Below are positions 24,624 through 39,532 of a stretch of 64,000 nucleotides of DNA, one piece after another. Source of the stretch: Octopus vulgaris (Eukaryota); NCBI GenBank assembly GCA_951406725.2, contig OX597826.1, forward strand, positions 80,476,001 through 80,540,000, given 5' to 3'. Both the position numbers and the translations under genes were made by a program. The number at the start of each line of letters is the position of its first letter. Position 1 is the stretch's first letter. The notes under the pieces were generated by a model. It was not told where the DNA came from. It worked only from the letters and a program-made list of their open reading frames with translations, and did no database searches.

Positions 24624-26247
24624 GCTGAATAAAGTACATCATTATAAGAGTGTGTGATGAGCAGGAGAGGGATGAGTGAGTGGGAAGAAGAGAGAAATGA
24701 GTGAAGAGGGAGAGAAAGAAAAATGAAAGAGAGAAAGAAGAGAGGAGAGAAAACACTTCTAAATGTCTTTATAAAACCTTGTAGTGTTTATCATCCATAC
24801 ATGATACGTCTTGAGAAGACTGTGAAATGCAATCCAGAAATGGACAACGGATGTAGGATGATGATTGATGTATGCATGTATGAATATGGTAAGTATTGTG
24901 AAGTGGAAGTCAGCTCCTGCAAAGCCTGTTCCACAAAACTGTTTCCAGTCCCAGGCTGCCAACACTTCCCCCTCACTTCAGACCTGAATGTGACATCGCA
25001 TATCAAGTGGATTACCACAAACCACAAGATTCTTAGCATGTGTTCAATACCCAACCGATTTTGATTCTTGCCTTTCATCGAGTCAATAACCACCAGTCAG
25101 TTTCTGTCTACCAAATCCACCCACAAAGCTTTGGTTGGCCCACAGCTATATCAGAAGACACTTGCCCTAGGTGCCATGCAGTGGGACTGAACCTGGAACA
25201 ATGTGATTGGGAAGTAAACTTCTTACCACACAGCCAAGCCTGCACCTATATGCACAGGATGAAGGTGCAGACATCCACCTGCTTGAATCAGATGCATGTT
25301 TCCTTAACCACTTCACCCCCATCCCCCCCCCCCCCATCATTAATGGACTCAATTTGGCTTAACATCACAAATTCCCATTTATTTCTCCGATAAAATATCT
25401 CTGGCTGGGCTCTTAGGAATCCATTTGCCATCAATAAACTGGGTGAAAAAAAAAAAAGAGCTGGTTTCTTTCTGCCAGACGGACGGACGGACTCGCCCTT
25501 CAATGCCACTGCATGGGAACGGAGAAGTTTTCAACAATTGCTTCTGACAAGCCACTGGAATACAACACTAGCAGTAGCGATTGTAGGGGCAGTGGTTGGG
25601 GCTGTGGTTGTAGTGGTGGTGGTTGTAGTGTTGGTGGTGGTGATAGCAGCAGTAGCAGCGGTGGTGGTGGTGGTGGTGGTTGTAATGGTGGCAGCAGCAG
25701 CTGTAATAGTACTAGTAGTAGTAGTAGTAGTAGTAGCAGCGTGTGCTAGAAGCATCTAGCCAACAGGTCAGAATATCAATAGAGATTGGTGATGGATTGG
25801 ATAAACATTGCTTTGCCTAAATGAATGGTGTTTGGTGTTCCGTCACACAGCATAAACAGCAGAACAAAGCAGGTTCTGTAGAGAAAATGGAATTGGTACT
25901 CCACATGGATCGTACCACCAGAGGGAGGGGGGGGGCGAAGGGGAGACAGGGGAGAGGGGGGGGGGCGTTAAATGGAAATGAGAACTTAGTAAACAGAGGA
26001 ACAAATTGCACAGCAAAAAGAAAACGGAGAAACAGTGGGGAGAGGGGGGAGATTCAGAGAGAGTTGAAGGGGAGGAGAAAGAGAGAGAAAGAAGAAAAAG
26101 GAGAGGAAGGAGATGGGGGGGGGGGGCTATTAAGACTAAAATTAAAAGAATATATGATGAAACAGACACCAGTCAAACTAACAATAAAGAGAAAAGGAAA
26201 ACTAAAAAGCTGCAAAGGATGGGGGGATCGATATGTAAAATATAAAT

Positions 26248-26945
26248 AGGTACAGGAGTGGCTGTGTGGTAAGAAGTTTGCTTACCAGCCACATAGTTCC
26301 AGGTTCAGTCCCACTGCCTGGCACCTTGGGCAAGTGTCTTCTACTATAGCCTAGAGCCAACCAAAGCCTTGTGAGTGGATTTGGTAAACGGAAATTGAAA
26401 GAAGCCCACCATGTATATGTATATATATATATACACACACACACAATGTATATATGTATGTGTGTGTGTATATGTTGGTGTGTCTGCTTCACCACCATCA
26501 CTTGACAACCAATGCTGGTGTGTTCCCGTAACTTAGCAGTTGGGTCGATTTGCTCAACTAAAGGTGGTACTCCAGCATGGCCGCAGTTAAATGACTGAAA
26601 CGAGTAACAGAAGAGGTACAGGCATGGTTGCGTGGTAAGAAGTTTGCTTCCCAACCACATGGTTCCAGGTTCAGTCCCACTGCATGGCACCTTGGGCAAG
26701 TATCTTCTACTATAGCCTTGGGCCAACCAAAGCCTTGTGTGTGGATTTGGTAGACGGAAACTGAAAGAAGCCCATCATGTATGTGCGTGTGTGTGTCTGT
26801 GTCTTTGTGTATTTGTCCCCCCCACCACCATATGACAACCAGGCTTTACCAAAAGTACTGGGGTCAATTCATGACTAAAATTCCTCAAGGTGGTGCCCCA
26901 GCATGGCCAGAGTCTAATGGCTGAAACAAGTAAAAGATATAAAAA
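26248..26945 (+). mobile_element. Head-to-tail dimer of tRNA-SINE family B
   Basis: Heads aggtacaggagtggctgtgtggtaagaag (26248) and aggtacaggcatggttgcgtggtaagaag (about 26614), each with the family tail. Other copies at 25095-25250(-), 29560-29820(-), 38675-38900(+), 40225-40585(-), 41205-41570(+) and 54338-54670(+). Confidence 0.88.
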
Positions 26946-27663
26946 AAAAGATATTTGGAATAAGAAAAATTACTTTTCCTTCAATTCAATAATAATCAGA
27001 AATTACATCCAAGTTGTTGTTGTTGTGGACATTGATATTGTTTAGACCCAGATCTATCCAGACCGAGCATGCTATGATCAAAGGCAATCCAGCCATGACC
27101 ACTTCATTGTTCCATGGTTATTCAGGACTACATTGTCCAATGTCTCCCTTTTTCTTTATTTAAGAATGGGGTTGTGATTTGGAGGAGTTCTAGCTGCTAT
27201 TTCACGCAAATCATGTGACCACATATAAGGATTCATAAAGATCTCGATGTTGTTGTTGTTGTTTCTGAGGGATATAACACTCGACGGATGTCTACACACG
27301 AAATGGAAACGATGCCGATATTGAAAGGCAAACCAAAACATTAGCACAATGTTTACTTAGATGGGAATCGATATCACCATAGCAGAGGAGAGGAAGGAGA
27401 GAGAGAGAGAGAGAGAGAGAGTAGAAAGGAGAGAGAGGGCTTACAACACACAGCAAAAAATAGCAGCAGCAGAGCATGAAGCATGTCTTTGGGGTTGTAA
27501 AATATATATCAAGAAGGAGAGAGAGAGAGACAAACAGACAGACAGAGCCTGTTAGCAGCAAATAGGAGTAACTTTGTCACAATCGATCCAGCAACTTGCT
27601 ACACATACCATTGGCTTCCAGTGACAACTTACAACCCACAAAAAATGAAATTCCTCATTTATG

Positions 27664-27717
<54 letters not shown>

Positions 27718-28122
27718 CAAATTACATAATTTAGCAATATTCCATTTATATTTTCCAATTTTTACATTGTATTGATTTTGCTACAAAATATCCTCTCCCC
27801 ATCTCTCTCTCTCTTTCTCTCCCTCTCTCTCTCTCTCTGTTCCTTCCTCCCACTGCCACCCTGAATTGAAAATGAAACAATTCTTCAAAAATGCAGGGTT
27901 TGGTAATGAGAAAAGAAAAGAAGACGACTCCAAACTCGGTGCTGCTAATTCCCGATCGGTGCCGTTCTATGTCAGCAGCCAATAAGCAACTTTGAGAAGA
28001 TGGATTGAATGGTATTGCAGAGAGGGGGGGGGGGGATGGATCGATGACATGCAATATTTTAGAAGTTTCATGGAATTTTTACATGTGTGCAAATAAGTGT
28101 GTATGATGTGCATGTGTAGATA

Positions 28123-28178
<56 letters not shown>

Positions 28179-31100
28179 GGAGAGAGAAGCAGAGAGAGAA
28201 AAGCAGAGAGAGAGAGAGAGAATCAGAGAGAGGGAGAGAGAAGCAGAGAAAGAAAAGCAGAGAGATGGAGAGAGAAGCAGAGAGAGAAAAGCAGGGAGAG
28301 AGAGAAGCAGAGAGAGAGAGAGAAGCAGAGAGAGAGAGAGAAGCAGAGAGAGATTAAATATGTATTAAAAATCTTTTCTAAACTGAAATATGCACATGAA
28401 CACACACACACACACACACACCTGTCTCAGTTTCTGATGAAGATCATATTGTATTCATGCGTGTGTTAGAGAGAAGGCGGGAACCAAGAAACTTTATTTA
28501 TATATATAGAGAGAGATAGAGAGAGCCATAAACAGAAGTTAGATATTAGATACACAAGTGAGAGAGAGAGAGAGAGGGAGGGAGAGAGAAAAGCAAAGAG
28601 TAAGTAAGATAGAGGAGAGAAGAGAAACTCAAGAGAGAAAAGCGAAAGAGTGACTTTATAAAGGTCATCCTTGATCACCAGTTTCAATTTCCCTTCTCCC
28701 ATGCTGGCATGGGTTGGACGAGAAGCCCACTAGGAGCAGTCGTCGTCCTGCAGTTGAAGAGTTTCAGTGATGCCAACACAGTGAGGTCCTTTATTGCACT
28801 GGTCTTGACACGTTCAGCTGCCAAACTGCAAACCATTCGGCTGAGGCAAAACACACACATCCCCAGAAACCAGGCAGTGTCAATGCAAAGACATGCAAAG
28901 ACCAGCACATGAACCCTCCCACCAATGCCACAGTCTATTTAATCATTCATTTATCATCATTCAACATCCGTTTTCCATGCTGACAAGGGTTCAATGGTTT
29001 CACGGGAACCGGCAAGGCCAGGAGCCACAACAGGTTCCATTGCCTGTTTTGATAGGGTTTCAACAAAGCTGGATGCCCTTCCTAACACCAACCACTTTAC
29101 ACAATATACTGAAGGCTTTTTACATGGCACCATCACCAGTGCTTACATAAATATATATCATTGCTGTTATGTTAAACTGTCGTCTGTCCAAATTTGGCCA
29201 AATGCGGTTTTTTTTTCAATATTTATTTTTGCTTGCAACAGTTTGGTCAAACTATCGTATCTCCAGCTATTTTAGAGGCCAAGATATGAAGATTGTCAAA
29301 GTGTAGTAGAACGGGTTAGCATTTTCCAAAAGTGTAATAAGTTCCACATACAACAGTTTTGAAAAAATATTTCCGACTGAAAATATCATACATGTGTGTG
29401 TGTGTGTGCATGTGTGTCATTGTTCTTAGTAGCACTATGACCCTCCCCTCAGCCCCATTCCCTACCCTGTTGCTGCTGCTCTTGAACCAGACTTTTTGTA
29501 CCGTTCTTGTACCATGAGTTACAAGAATGGTACAAAAATCCGGGTTCAAGTGACAGGGACATAAACACATCAACAGTTTGTCAAGCGATGGGGAGGGGGA
29601 CAAACACAGACACAGTGACACGTACACAAAGATAGATATATACATATACATATATATGACGAGCTTCTTTCAGTTTCCATCTATCAAATCCACTCACAAG
29701 GCTTTGGTCGGCCCAAGGCTATAGTAGAAGAGACTTGCCTAAAGTGCCACACAGTGGGACTGAACCCAGAACTATGTGATTGGGAAACAAGCTTCTAACC
29801 ACACAGCCATTCTGGCACCTGAACAATATAAATAAATAAGCATTACATTGAACAGAGTAATCTGAATGCAAAAGGGTTAAAAAGATGTTTTTTCCCTTTT
29901 AAAAATATAATTTCGTGAATTCAGAGTTGAGGGAATTAAATCCCTGAAACCACCATTTCATTTCATTACTTCTTGTTCACTGATAAGGACGCTTCACTAA
30001 GGTTAACCACTCAAAATCCTTAGGCAGAAGGAAATAAGTCATTTTACCAAGACACAGTTACACACATACACACATACTTACGCACGCACGCACACACAGA
30101 GCAATGCTCTAATCACTCCATACATACACCCTTACAACTGACGGCTGATACAAATTTACTTCTTGCATGCCAGACACCAACAGAGAGCGCTAAGGTCAGT
30201 CATTCATAGTTATTATCTCTCTTACAAGTGAATTGGCCATACACAAGCTGTGCAAATATATTACCCACTCGTACTAATACAATTAGCTTTTGTCAAAATA
30301 CAACAACAGATAACAGGAAGCTATGTGCTTTCAGTGTTCTGCTGCAGTTTGTTCTTTTTGCTTTTTGCTTTTTTCCTTTTACTTCAAAAAGTTACCAGAA
30401 AATTTTCCAACCATTTTTTTTATTCTTTTATTCAATTATTTAGGATCTTACCCATTTTATTTTTACATTTTGTGTATATATTTTTGTAGGTTTTATATTT
30501 ACATTTTCTTTATCTCTCCATATCTTGACCTGGATAGAATGTTGGTTCAGGAAATTTCAAATGCTTCATTCATATTACCGGAGTTAGGAAGAATTAATTA
30601 TTTCACAGCTACAAGTCCCCCACACCTTACCTCTGATAAATAGAAACTTGCTTTTTTTTTTTGTTATCATTATTTATTTTGAAGAAAAGCAATTCAATGA
30701 AAGAAGTCAACTTTGAAATCAGCACAATACGTCAGCCTCTTCATCACAACTGCTGAATCTGGTCTCAAAACTTACTATTTATTTAGGGATAATTTTCTTT
30801 TTCTTCTTTTTGGTAGTGTTTCCACATGTCCCTTACATATCCCTTTTTTTTTTCTTTCTTCCTCTCTAATACAATTTCCAGTTGGATGCGTCTAAGAAAT
30901 AAACACACTCACTCGTAAAGGTAAATACTAGACTGAGAGAAACTAATAGATTATTCTATCTTGTCTAGAGAGGAGACTGTCGGGATGAACTTAGAAGAGA
31001 AGAAGAAGCAGAAATATAACAGCAGAGATGTGGACGTCTGCAACAAGCAACTGCTGTGGATTTTATCAGAGTCCAAAATGATGATGTATAAAACTTACTT

Positions 31101-34100
31101 GAGCATTATCTGACTTCAAGACTGATCAGGCTGGAGCCTGGTGCAGCTTCCTGGCATCCCGGACCCCAGTTGGACCATCCAACCAATGCCAGCATGAAAA
31201 ACGGACGTTGAACAATGATGATGATGATGCTGATGACTACAACTTTACCATTCTTCCCAGCTATTTCTACCTACCTTTACATAATGCAAGGTAGCCATGT
31301 ATCTCCTTTATAAAAAGACACCAGTCCTGTCCCCCTCAACACCTCACATAAAGCCACCTTCCTCTCTGCCCCACTTTCCACTTAGTCAAGTGGGTTACCT
31401 CTTTGTAGTACAAGTACTTAGCAACCTCACTATTGCCAGTGCTGGGAAGAAAATCACCTCATGCTGTAAAGGGGTTGGTGTTAGGAAGGGCGGCCAGTCA
31501 TAGAAACTATGCTCATATAGACATTGGAGCATGGGGCAGTTGTCCAATTTGCTGGATCTTAAAGAACCATCCAACCCATGTCTGCATGGAAGAGACAGAT
31601 GGTGAATGATGATGATGATGGTAATGTCATTTTCTTATATTAGTACATACATACACACACACATACATGTATATATTTTTATATATAGTAAAAACTATAT
31701 TCAATAAAAACACAAAATAAAAGCAGCAAAAATCTGTCAACATCCACTTCTGACGTATCTATAAAGAAGGCTGTATATAAAAAGGGACACCCACATAAAT
31801 TCAACATAGCCTTGGGCTGACCAAAGACTTGTAAGTGGATTTGGTAGACAGAAACTGAAAGAAGCCTGTTGTATATATGTATATATATGTTGTGTATCTT
31901 ATTTCTTTATTACTCACAAGGGGCTAAACAGAGGGGACAAACAAGGGCAGACAAAGGGATCAAGTCGATTGTATTGACCCCAGTGCGTAACTGGTACTTA
32001 ATTTATCGACTCCGAAAGGATGAAAGGTAAAGTCGACCTCGGCGGAATTTGAACTCAGAACGTAAAGACAGACGAAATGCCGCTAAACATTTCGCCCGGC
32101 TTGCTAACGTTTCTGCCAGCTCACCACTTTCAAATATATGTTGTGTCTCTGTGTTTGTCTCCCCAACATCGCTTGACAACCGATGCTGGTGTGTTTAAGT
32201 CCCCTAACTTAGCGGTTCGGCAAAAGAGACAGTGGGGTCAATTTGATTCGACTGAAGGCGGTGCTCCAGCATGGCCACAGTCAAATGACTGTAACAAGTG
32301 AAAGAATACACAAACACACACACAAAATCATTCTCCATAACACTCTGCCAAAATAGGAGGAGGTCCTTCGTTATTGAAATAGATATCTGATAGCGTAACG
32401 AGGAATTAATTCTGAAATGCTCTGACAGTATCAATATACATCATTATTGATAGCTTCAGGACCAAACACCAGTGTTTTATTGCTATTAAACACCCACACC
32501 ACTCACAGATCAATGATGTATTGCGCTAAACTCCAAAAGCTGATTGCTACAAGGATGGGACCTTAAGAATAACCAGAAATAACTGGCATTCCTTTTATTA
32601 CAAAATAACATTGTCTTCAATACAAACACATCAGTCAGGGTATTCACACAAACGGACAGCCAAACGGACAGCATCGGAGCAGGATAAAAAGCAATATTCA
32701 GTCAGTTAACAACAAGCTCAGAACCATAGAAATATTGCTGATAACTGATAAGCATAGATGGACTTAATTTGGGGTAGGCCAGGGAGGGTTGGCCTAATCC
32801 AGTAAAAAGTCGGTTTTTTCAAGCCGAGACGGAAGAAGCAATGATGAAGAAACAGACGAAACGCACAAATAATAAATCCATCGAAGCAGCTTTATCGGCA
32901 GATAAGGTTGCTGCTCTCTGTCCAAGCAATTACTCAATTCACAAATAAAGTCTATCATTCATTCCAACAATCCTAATTGAATTGCAAGAACTAATCCCGA
33001 AAAGTTGAAAGGTTGCGTGCATGTGTGCGTGCATGTGTGCGTGCGTGCGTGCGTGTGTGCGTGCGTGCGTGCGTGCGTGTGTGTGTGTGTAAAAACTGAA
33101 AGTTGTTAATTGTGAAGAATTTTAATGTTTTGTTTGTAGGTTTTTATAAGGGTATCCATCATGGTTTGGAAAATATCCAAATGATAATATTTATTTGAAA
33201 TAGCATATCAGTTTAAAGTCATTTATAGCCTTAATCATGCACTAAAAGCCAGGATGCAAACCAGCCAGCCAGCAAGGGAGTCTCAAAGCAAAAAAAAAAA
33301 AAAAATGACCTGCTAGAAATAGCAGTCAAATCTCCCTACCATCATAGAAGAGACTGTATGATCAAAACTGGGGCAGGTTTCAATATGATCTGCTCAATTA
33401 AAACTGACCTGGGGTTAAACAACAACTGCAACAACAATAACCAGGCTGCAAACTCAGTCCACTTAAAAATCTCAAATCTTTTTAAGGGGACAGGTTTAAT
33501 CAATTCAACTGAGCCTAATACTTGACTGCTGTTTTATTTTATCGACCCCAGCAGAATGAAAGATAAAATTGACATCAGCAAGGATTTGAACACAGTATGT
33601 TAAGAGCAGATATATCAATGGTTTTTGCCAATCCACTATCTTTGGTTAATTACTTTCCCAATTAGTCACCTGGCTATTTGTAACACCCATGCTTGAATAG
33701 ACACTGAGATTCTATATATACATCGCTGACAGAGAAATCTCTACTATCTACAGCCATGGACGGCTACCAATGACAATGAAGGATGAAATCACGTGATCCA
33801 GTAGCTCCAGTGACGGTAGCAGATGATTATCTACTGCTAGCAATATAGACATGAGTGCTTATTTGCACCACAAGTCCAGTTGAGAGGTTCTCTCATAGAA
33901 AATAACACAGTATTCTGTGTTCCAACACAACATCCACTTTTAAGTGGGGATAAATATTGTGTTTTGGTATTAAAACTGCTTCTGTCACTGATAATTATTT
34001 TTTAAATAAAAAGACATCAAACATTGGTTGATAGAAGGATGCTAAGGAAGAGTATATTCAAATGGAAAGGCTGCAGCACTTTGTTTTACCATTATAAGAG

Positions 34101-34145
34101 ATGGCATGCTACACAAGAGGACCAAACACAAACTTGCATAGGTAC

Positions 34146-34223
<78 letters not shown>

Positions 34224-34226
<3 letters not shown>

Positions 34227-34430
34227 CTGTTATGTTAAACTGTCGTGTGTCCAAATTTGGCCAAATGTGTATTTTTTTTCATATTTAATTTTTCTTGCAA
34301 TAGCCAGTTCTTTTGGTCAAATTATCGTATCTCCAGCTGCTTCAGCTGCCAAGATAGCATCACTCCGAAGTGTAGTAAGTCCCACATATTTCTGTCTGAA
34401 AATATCATACATGCATGGGGTTATGATTTT
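34224..34430. repeat. Unclassified interspersed repeat, with a second copy at about 29161-29392
   Basis: Both copies share tgctgttatgttaaactgtcgt(g/c)tgtccaaatttggccaaatg..atcgtatctccagct..ctgaaaatatcatacatg and follow TA tracts. Confidence 0.7.
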
Positions 34431-36283
34431 ATGCACCCAACAAAGGTATTATTGTTAAGCTGAAACTGTTGCTAACATAAAAAGAAATGGAATGGGGAAA
34501 CTATTTTTTTTTCTTTTCTGAAAAAGAAACGTTTTGGATTTATAACACTTTTGCATAATAGTAACAACAAACACAAACACACACACACACACACGGTGAA
34601 CTTTCCTGTTGCAAATGACAGATGAGGGTTCAGCAACGTCCGTGGGACACCTGTGTTTACAGTGGCCAAATATTGGTGCTGCACATTTGATCACTGCCTC
34701 CATCGCATCAATGCTGCACGTACACAGGTGCACAGTGTGCCACATGTCAGATGTGAAAGTGATAGCAAAGCAACATGAAATTAAATGTAGTGTTTTGCAC
34801 AAGAACACAATGCAACAGCCAGTCCAAGAATTGAAACCACGACCTTGCAACTGTGAGTGCAACACCAAACTCTAAGCCACATGCCTTCACACACACACAC
34901 ACACACACACGTATGAAGTGGCTATTCAAATATGAAAGCCTCAAAGTATTTCAATATCTCAGACTGACAGGAATTCAGTGTTAAATCCTTGCTGCTTCAA
35001 AGGTTTTACTGGAAGAAGTCTTCCACATTTGCTCATCAGATGCCATAAATCTTTGAATGGTTCACTTTTTGACATGAATTTTGAAAATGTTTTCTGATTG
35101 GCTCAATAGATAATGGTTTTGAATTTTGGTACAAGATCAGTAATTTCAGGAATGATGATGATGATGATAATCGATCCCAGTACCCAGCTGGTACTTATTT
35201 TATTTTATTGACCCCCGGTAGCATCTGAAGTCAGAATATGTAACTTTGGACAAAATGCTCCTAAGCATTTCACCCAACATGCCAACGGTTCCGTCAGCTC
35301 ACCACTTTGTTGGCTCAACAAATACTGGCTGCTACTCAAGCTCTAATCTAAGCAAGAGCTTGTTAAAAAATAGTTATTAGCAAGACAGGCAGTATTAATA
35401 TGGCAATTGCCACAGTAAAGTTACTTTTGACAGAACATTCACATTTAAGTGGGGATATTACTAACCTAATAGCGTACAAGAGTTATTTTTGTGCTCACAT
35501 TTGGAGAATATTTTCTGTTGGCTTGAAAACATTTATGAATTCAGATATAATTCAGCCAAGAAAAGTTTATATATTTTGGCACTTTGGTTCTAAGCTTTGG
35601 CAGGATCAGTGAAGGGCCATTTACTTCAATATCATTTTCACTCAAACTAAAAAAATATTGACACATTCTATATTATTTCTGCAAAAATTAATATAGAAGT
35701 AGAACTGCATCACACTGACCAGGCCAAAGTTTATGTGACAGGTGCCAAAAGATGTGAACTTTGTTTGGCAGAAAAAAAAAAACACACATTTCAGTTTAAT
35801 GGAACAATTCAGAATGCCATGGAAACAAAGTAGACTTAATCTCAAAATGTACCAATAAATATTAATATTACATGGAGAGATTCAATGAGTTATAGTCAGA
35901 GAGACAGTGAACCCCCACCCGCCTTTATGAACCTATTACAGGAATACTGTGCATATGGCATAAAAGATTTACAGCCTAAATGGAGATCTGGATGCTATTT
36001 CTAGGACTTCATACACACACACACACACATGTACAAAAAAAAAAAAAGAAATAAAAAGCAGAGCAGCTGAAACAACAGAGTCCTGTACTCATCTGTAGTG
36101 AAATTCCAAACATTTGAGATAGACCTTGTTTCAGAATATAAAAGAAATCATGCGATGTAATTCTGTGTCACCTGTAAAGACTTGTAGCAGAGATACATTT
36201 AGGTAGATTACCCAACAAACTTGGTATCTACACAAACAAAATGTTGTATAGCACAGCAGAAAGGATCGACTGAAAATACTTGG

Positions 36284-36336
<53 letters not shown>

Positions 36337-36983
36337 CAGGCACCATGAGTGTTACTGTTTACATAAGAGTGAAAACATAAAAGGTGTTTTGGTGATGTGC
36401 CAAATCAATTAAGGTGTAATCTTTTGGGGGAAATGGAAAAAAAATATATGAAGTAATGAATGTGAAAATGTTGCAGAGGAGATTGAAGATGGTAGGTGAG
36501 AGCTTGGTCCTCAATTTCAGGCCCCAATTTTAATTATCAATGGTTCTAATTTTAACTCCTTGACATGATTAATATCCTAGCAAAAGACATGAAATCACAA
36601 AAATCTCATGTCCTCTTCTGTGAAGGATTTTAAATTTTGTATCAAACCCACCCCACTTTACACTCCACTAAAATACCATGGAAGTTGAAATAATGAAGGA
36701 AATAGACAATTTAACCACATAAAATAGCAGCCAAATCTCCCTCAAATCACAGCCTACTATTTTCTTTATAGTTTCTAATATACAGAGACATGATGGTCAT
36801 GGTTGAAACCCCTTTGATCATAAGTCTACTTGATTGGGACAGATTTGGAGTTAAACAACTTCTGTCCTGGTATTTTAAGATAGAAGTGAAATGAAAGAAC
36901 CAAAACTCAAGATCCACAAGAAATAAAGATGTTGACCAATTTAGCCGCATCGTCTGCCAGATGATATAACAAGAACAACTTAC

Positions 36984-37157
36984 CTTTAATTTCTGCTGAT
37001 GCAAAAGCATAGTGAAACCATTCCCGAACACTGGTGAAAGGGGGTGGCATATAATGGCCACGAGATAACTTGCAAATAGTTGCCATATTCTTTTCGCTGA
37101 TGTGTTGAGTGGTGTCGTGTCCAACACGGAAGGTGAGATCTTGTACAATACAAGTTC
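36984..37157 (-). CDS. BLTP1: BLTP1 coding exon 5 in window (TCIVQDLTFRVGHDTTQHISEKNMATICKLSRGHYMPPPFTSVREWFHYAFASAEIK)
   Basis: IVQxLxFxxGH, MATIxK and SVxEWFxY motifs. Acceptor ttattccccag|GA, donor G|gtaagt; 174 nt, phases 1/1. Confidence 0.95.
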
Positions 37158-37437
37158 CTGGGGAATAATTTGAAAGCAAGAAAGAATTAGTTAAGCAGAA
37201 GATATGAATGCATTGGAGAAAAATAACTACATTAGCTCACTTTACATCACATGGCAAGCATGAAGCCTCTATATTGATGTTTGGCTGGCCATGGGTCGGA
37301 GGAAGGGACTAAATACCTAACAGTATTTATTTTCAGTTGTCTAGGTTCAACAACATTGGTTTCAGGTTCAGCCCCAATGAATGACACCTTGGACAAATGA
37401 AGGGATTTGATAGACAGAAACTGAAAAAAAAATCCAT

Positions 37438-37478
<41 letters not shown>

Positions 37479-38900
37479 TGGATTAGTGTCTTCAACTTGA
37501 TGTTGCACGATAATTGTAAAGACAAGCATTACTGCCATACTAAGAATGTCTGACATTTCCGATCTTTCATAAAAACATGTCCAGCAATGGAGAAATTGCT
37601 TGAAAATGGGCAAGGGTTGGCAACAGGAAAGGAACCCAACCACAGAAAATTTGTCTCAATGGATTCTGTTTGACCCATGCAACTAAAGAATGGTGAATGT
37701 TAAAATCACAATAATCAAGTAAGTTTTCCCATCCGTCCAGTTTCAATAAGCCACACTACCCAGCGCCATGTTCCAACATGACCAGCACGGTGGTGGGGGG
37801 TTTCTCCACCCATATACTAGCAAGGGGGATGAACACATTCACCTCAGAATCACAGAGGAATACTTCATTCAGAAGAAGACACCAAGCCTGAACCACTGGA
37901 ATGAGGAAATATATTTATTGCTTCCAGGACCTCCTTTATCCGGTACCAGCAAAATAGCCATCATCAAATAAGAACAAAAAACAAACAATTTCTAACAAAG
38001 AAGGATTGATTTGAAAGCATTAACAAGATAAAACTAACACCAAGCAACAAGGCTCTCTACATGTCACATGCCATGAGAAGAGTAAACTATTAATCTATCC
38101 GTCTATCTATTGACCTGCCCGTCTGTCTGTCTGTCTGTCTTCTTCATCTACCTGCCCATGTCTACATCTACTTCCATATCCATAAACCTTTTATATATTC
38201 TTAATGTCTCACATCCGTGAACCTTTAAAACTTTTATATCCCTAAATCTATCACAAAAATTGAAGCCCCCCCCCCACCTCCTTCTACTCTACTGTTTTTT
38301 TACTTTTTACTTTATCTTGTTTTATTTTATTTCATTTTATCTCCCCCCCCTCCTTTATCTTCCTAACTTCTGCTGAAAGTGTTACCCTCTTATCTTACAG
38401 AGTTAAAAATATATAAACCATGCATTTTCTTCCCAATAACACAGTCTCCCCTTCTAAAGAGAAACTCTATATTTTAACTGCGTTGTTGGAATAATATTTG
38501 AACATCATGGAAATTTTCTGAATCTTTTAAGACACACAAAATACATAAACTGGTTTCCTTCTTCACTTGTAAACACTTTCGCTACTAAACACTGTTTATG
38601 AGAAACTGATGCTGGCTAACGGACTGACAATTACTGTTTATTCTAACACATCATTAATTGCTTTCATATATACATAGTCATGGCTGTGTGGTAAATAGTT
38701 TGCTTACCAACCACATGGTTCCAGGCACCTTGAGCAAGTGTCTTCTTCTATAGCCAATGTTGGCGTGTTTACGTCCCTGTAACTTAGCAGTTCAGCCAAC
38801 GGGACTGATAGAATAAACACTAGGCTTACAAAGAATAAGTCCTGGGGTCGATTTGTTCAACTAAAGGTGATGCTTCAGCATGGCCACAGTCAAAAGAATA

Positions 38901-38942
<42 letters not shown>

Positions 38943-39098
38943 GTTGTGTCTGGGGAGAGTCATTTTCTTTTTGTGCCTTATAATATAACACACTCACCGG
39001 TAAAATTTCCACTTTTTTCTTATTTTTATTTTCCTAAACAGAATATGCTTCAACACACAAACTCATATAAAGAATCTTGCAAATCAAATCCAAAAACG

Positions 39099-39139
<41 letters not shown>

Positions 39140-39532
39140 TACATACAAACATCCATATCATATCATATATCATTCATTATGCAAACACATTACTGAGGTG
39201 AACATATACACATTCACAGCAGTGACATACACAGACACATACCTACTCACCATAACACCACTGCAATCTACCCATCTAAACACAGCTAACACGCACATGA
39301 ACACACACACATACACAATATGCATACATAATTAATGCACATTTACCACCCCACCCCCTGTTGCTTTTGTGTGTATGACACCTCATTCCTTCATAGTCAC
39401 CACCATTCATTTGACCTGTCATGTGTGCATCCACTCATTTATGCAATTCCTTACTTGAAAATCAGATAAAGGTTATTAACAGGAAGGGCTCAGAGTTGTA
39501 AAACAATGCCTAAATATTAAATCTGTCTAAGC

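Noticed and set aside
24785-24888. Plus-strand ag...gtaagt candidate nested exon
   Set aside because: Weak polypyrimidine tract, no recognisable peptide and no partner exons.
25513-25759. Gly/Ser, Thr/Ala and Val-rich ORFs (similar ones at 62618-63148)
   Set aside because: (GGT)n, (AGT)n and (ACC)n trinucleotide repeats.
28793-28815. TATTGCACTGG resembling a miR-92 seed
   Set aside because: No clean precursor hairpin, and it lies within an RTE-tail repeat variant.
31078-31125. ATGATGA...CTGA resembling a C/D snoRNA
   Set aside because: Too short, antisense to the host gene, and ATGATGA is very common here.
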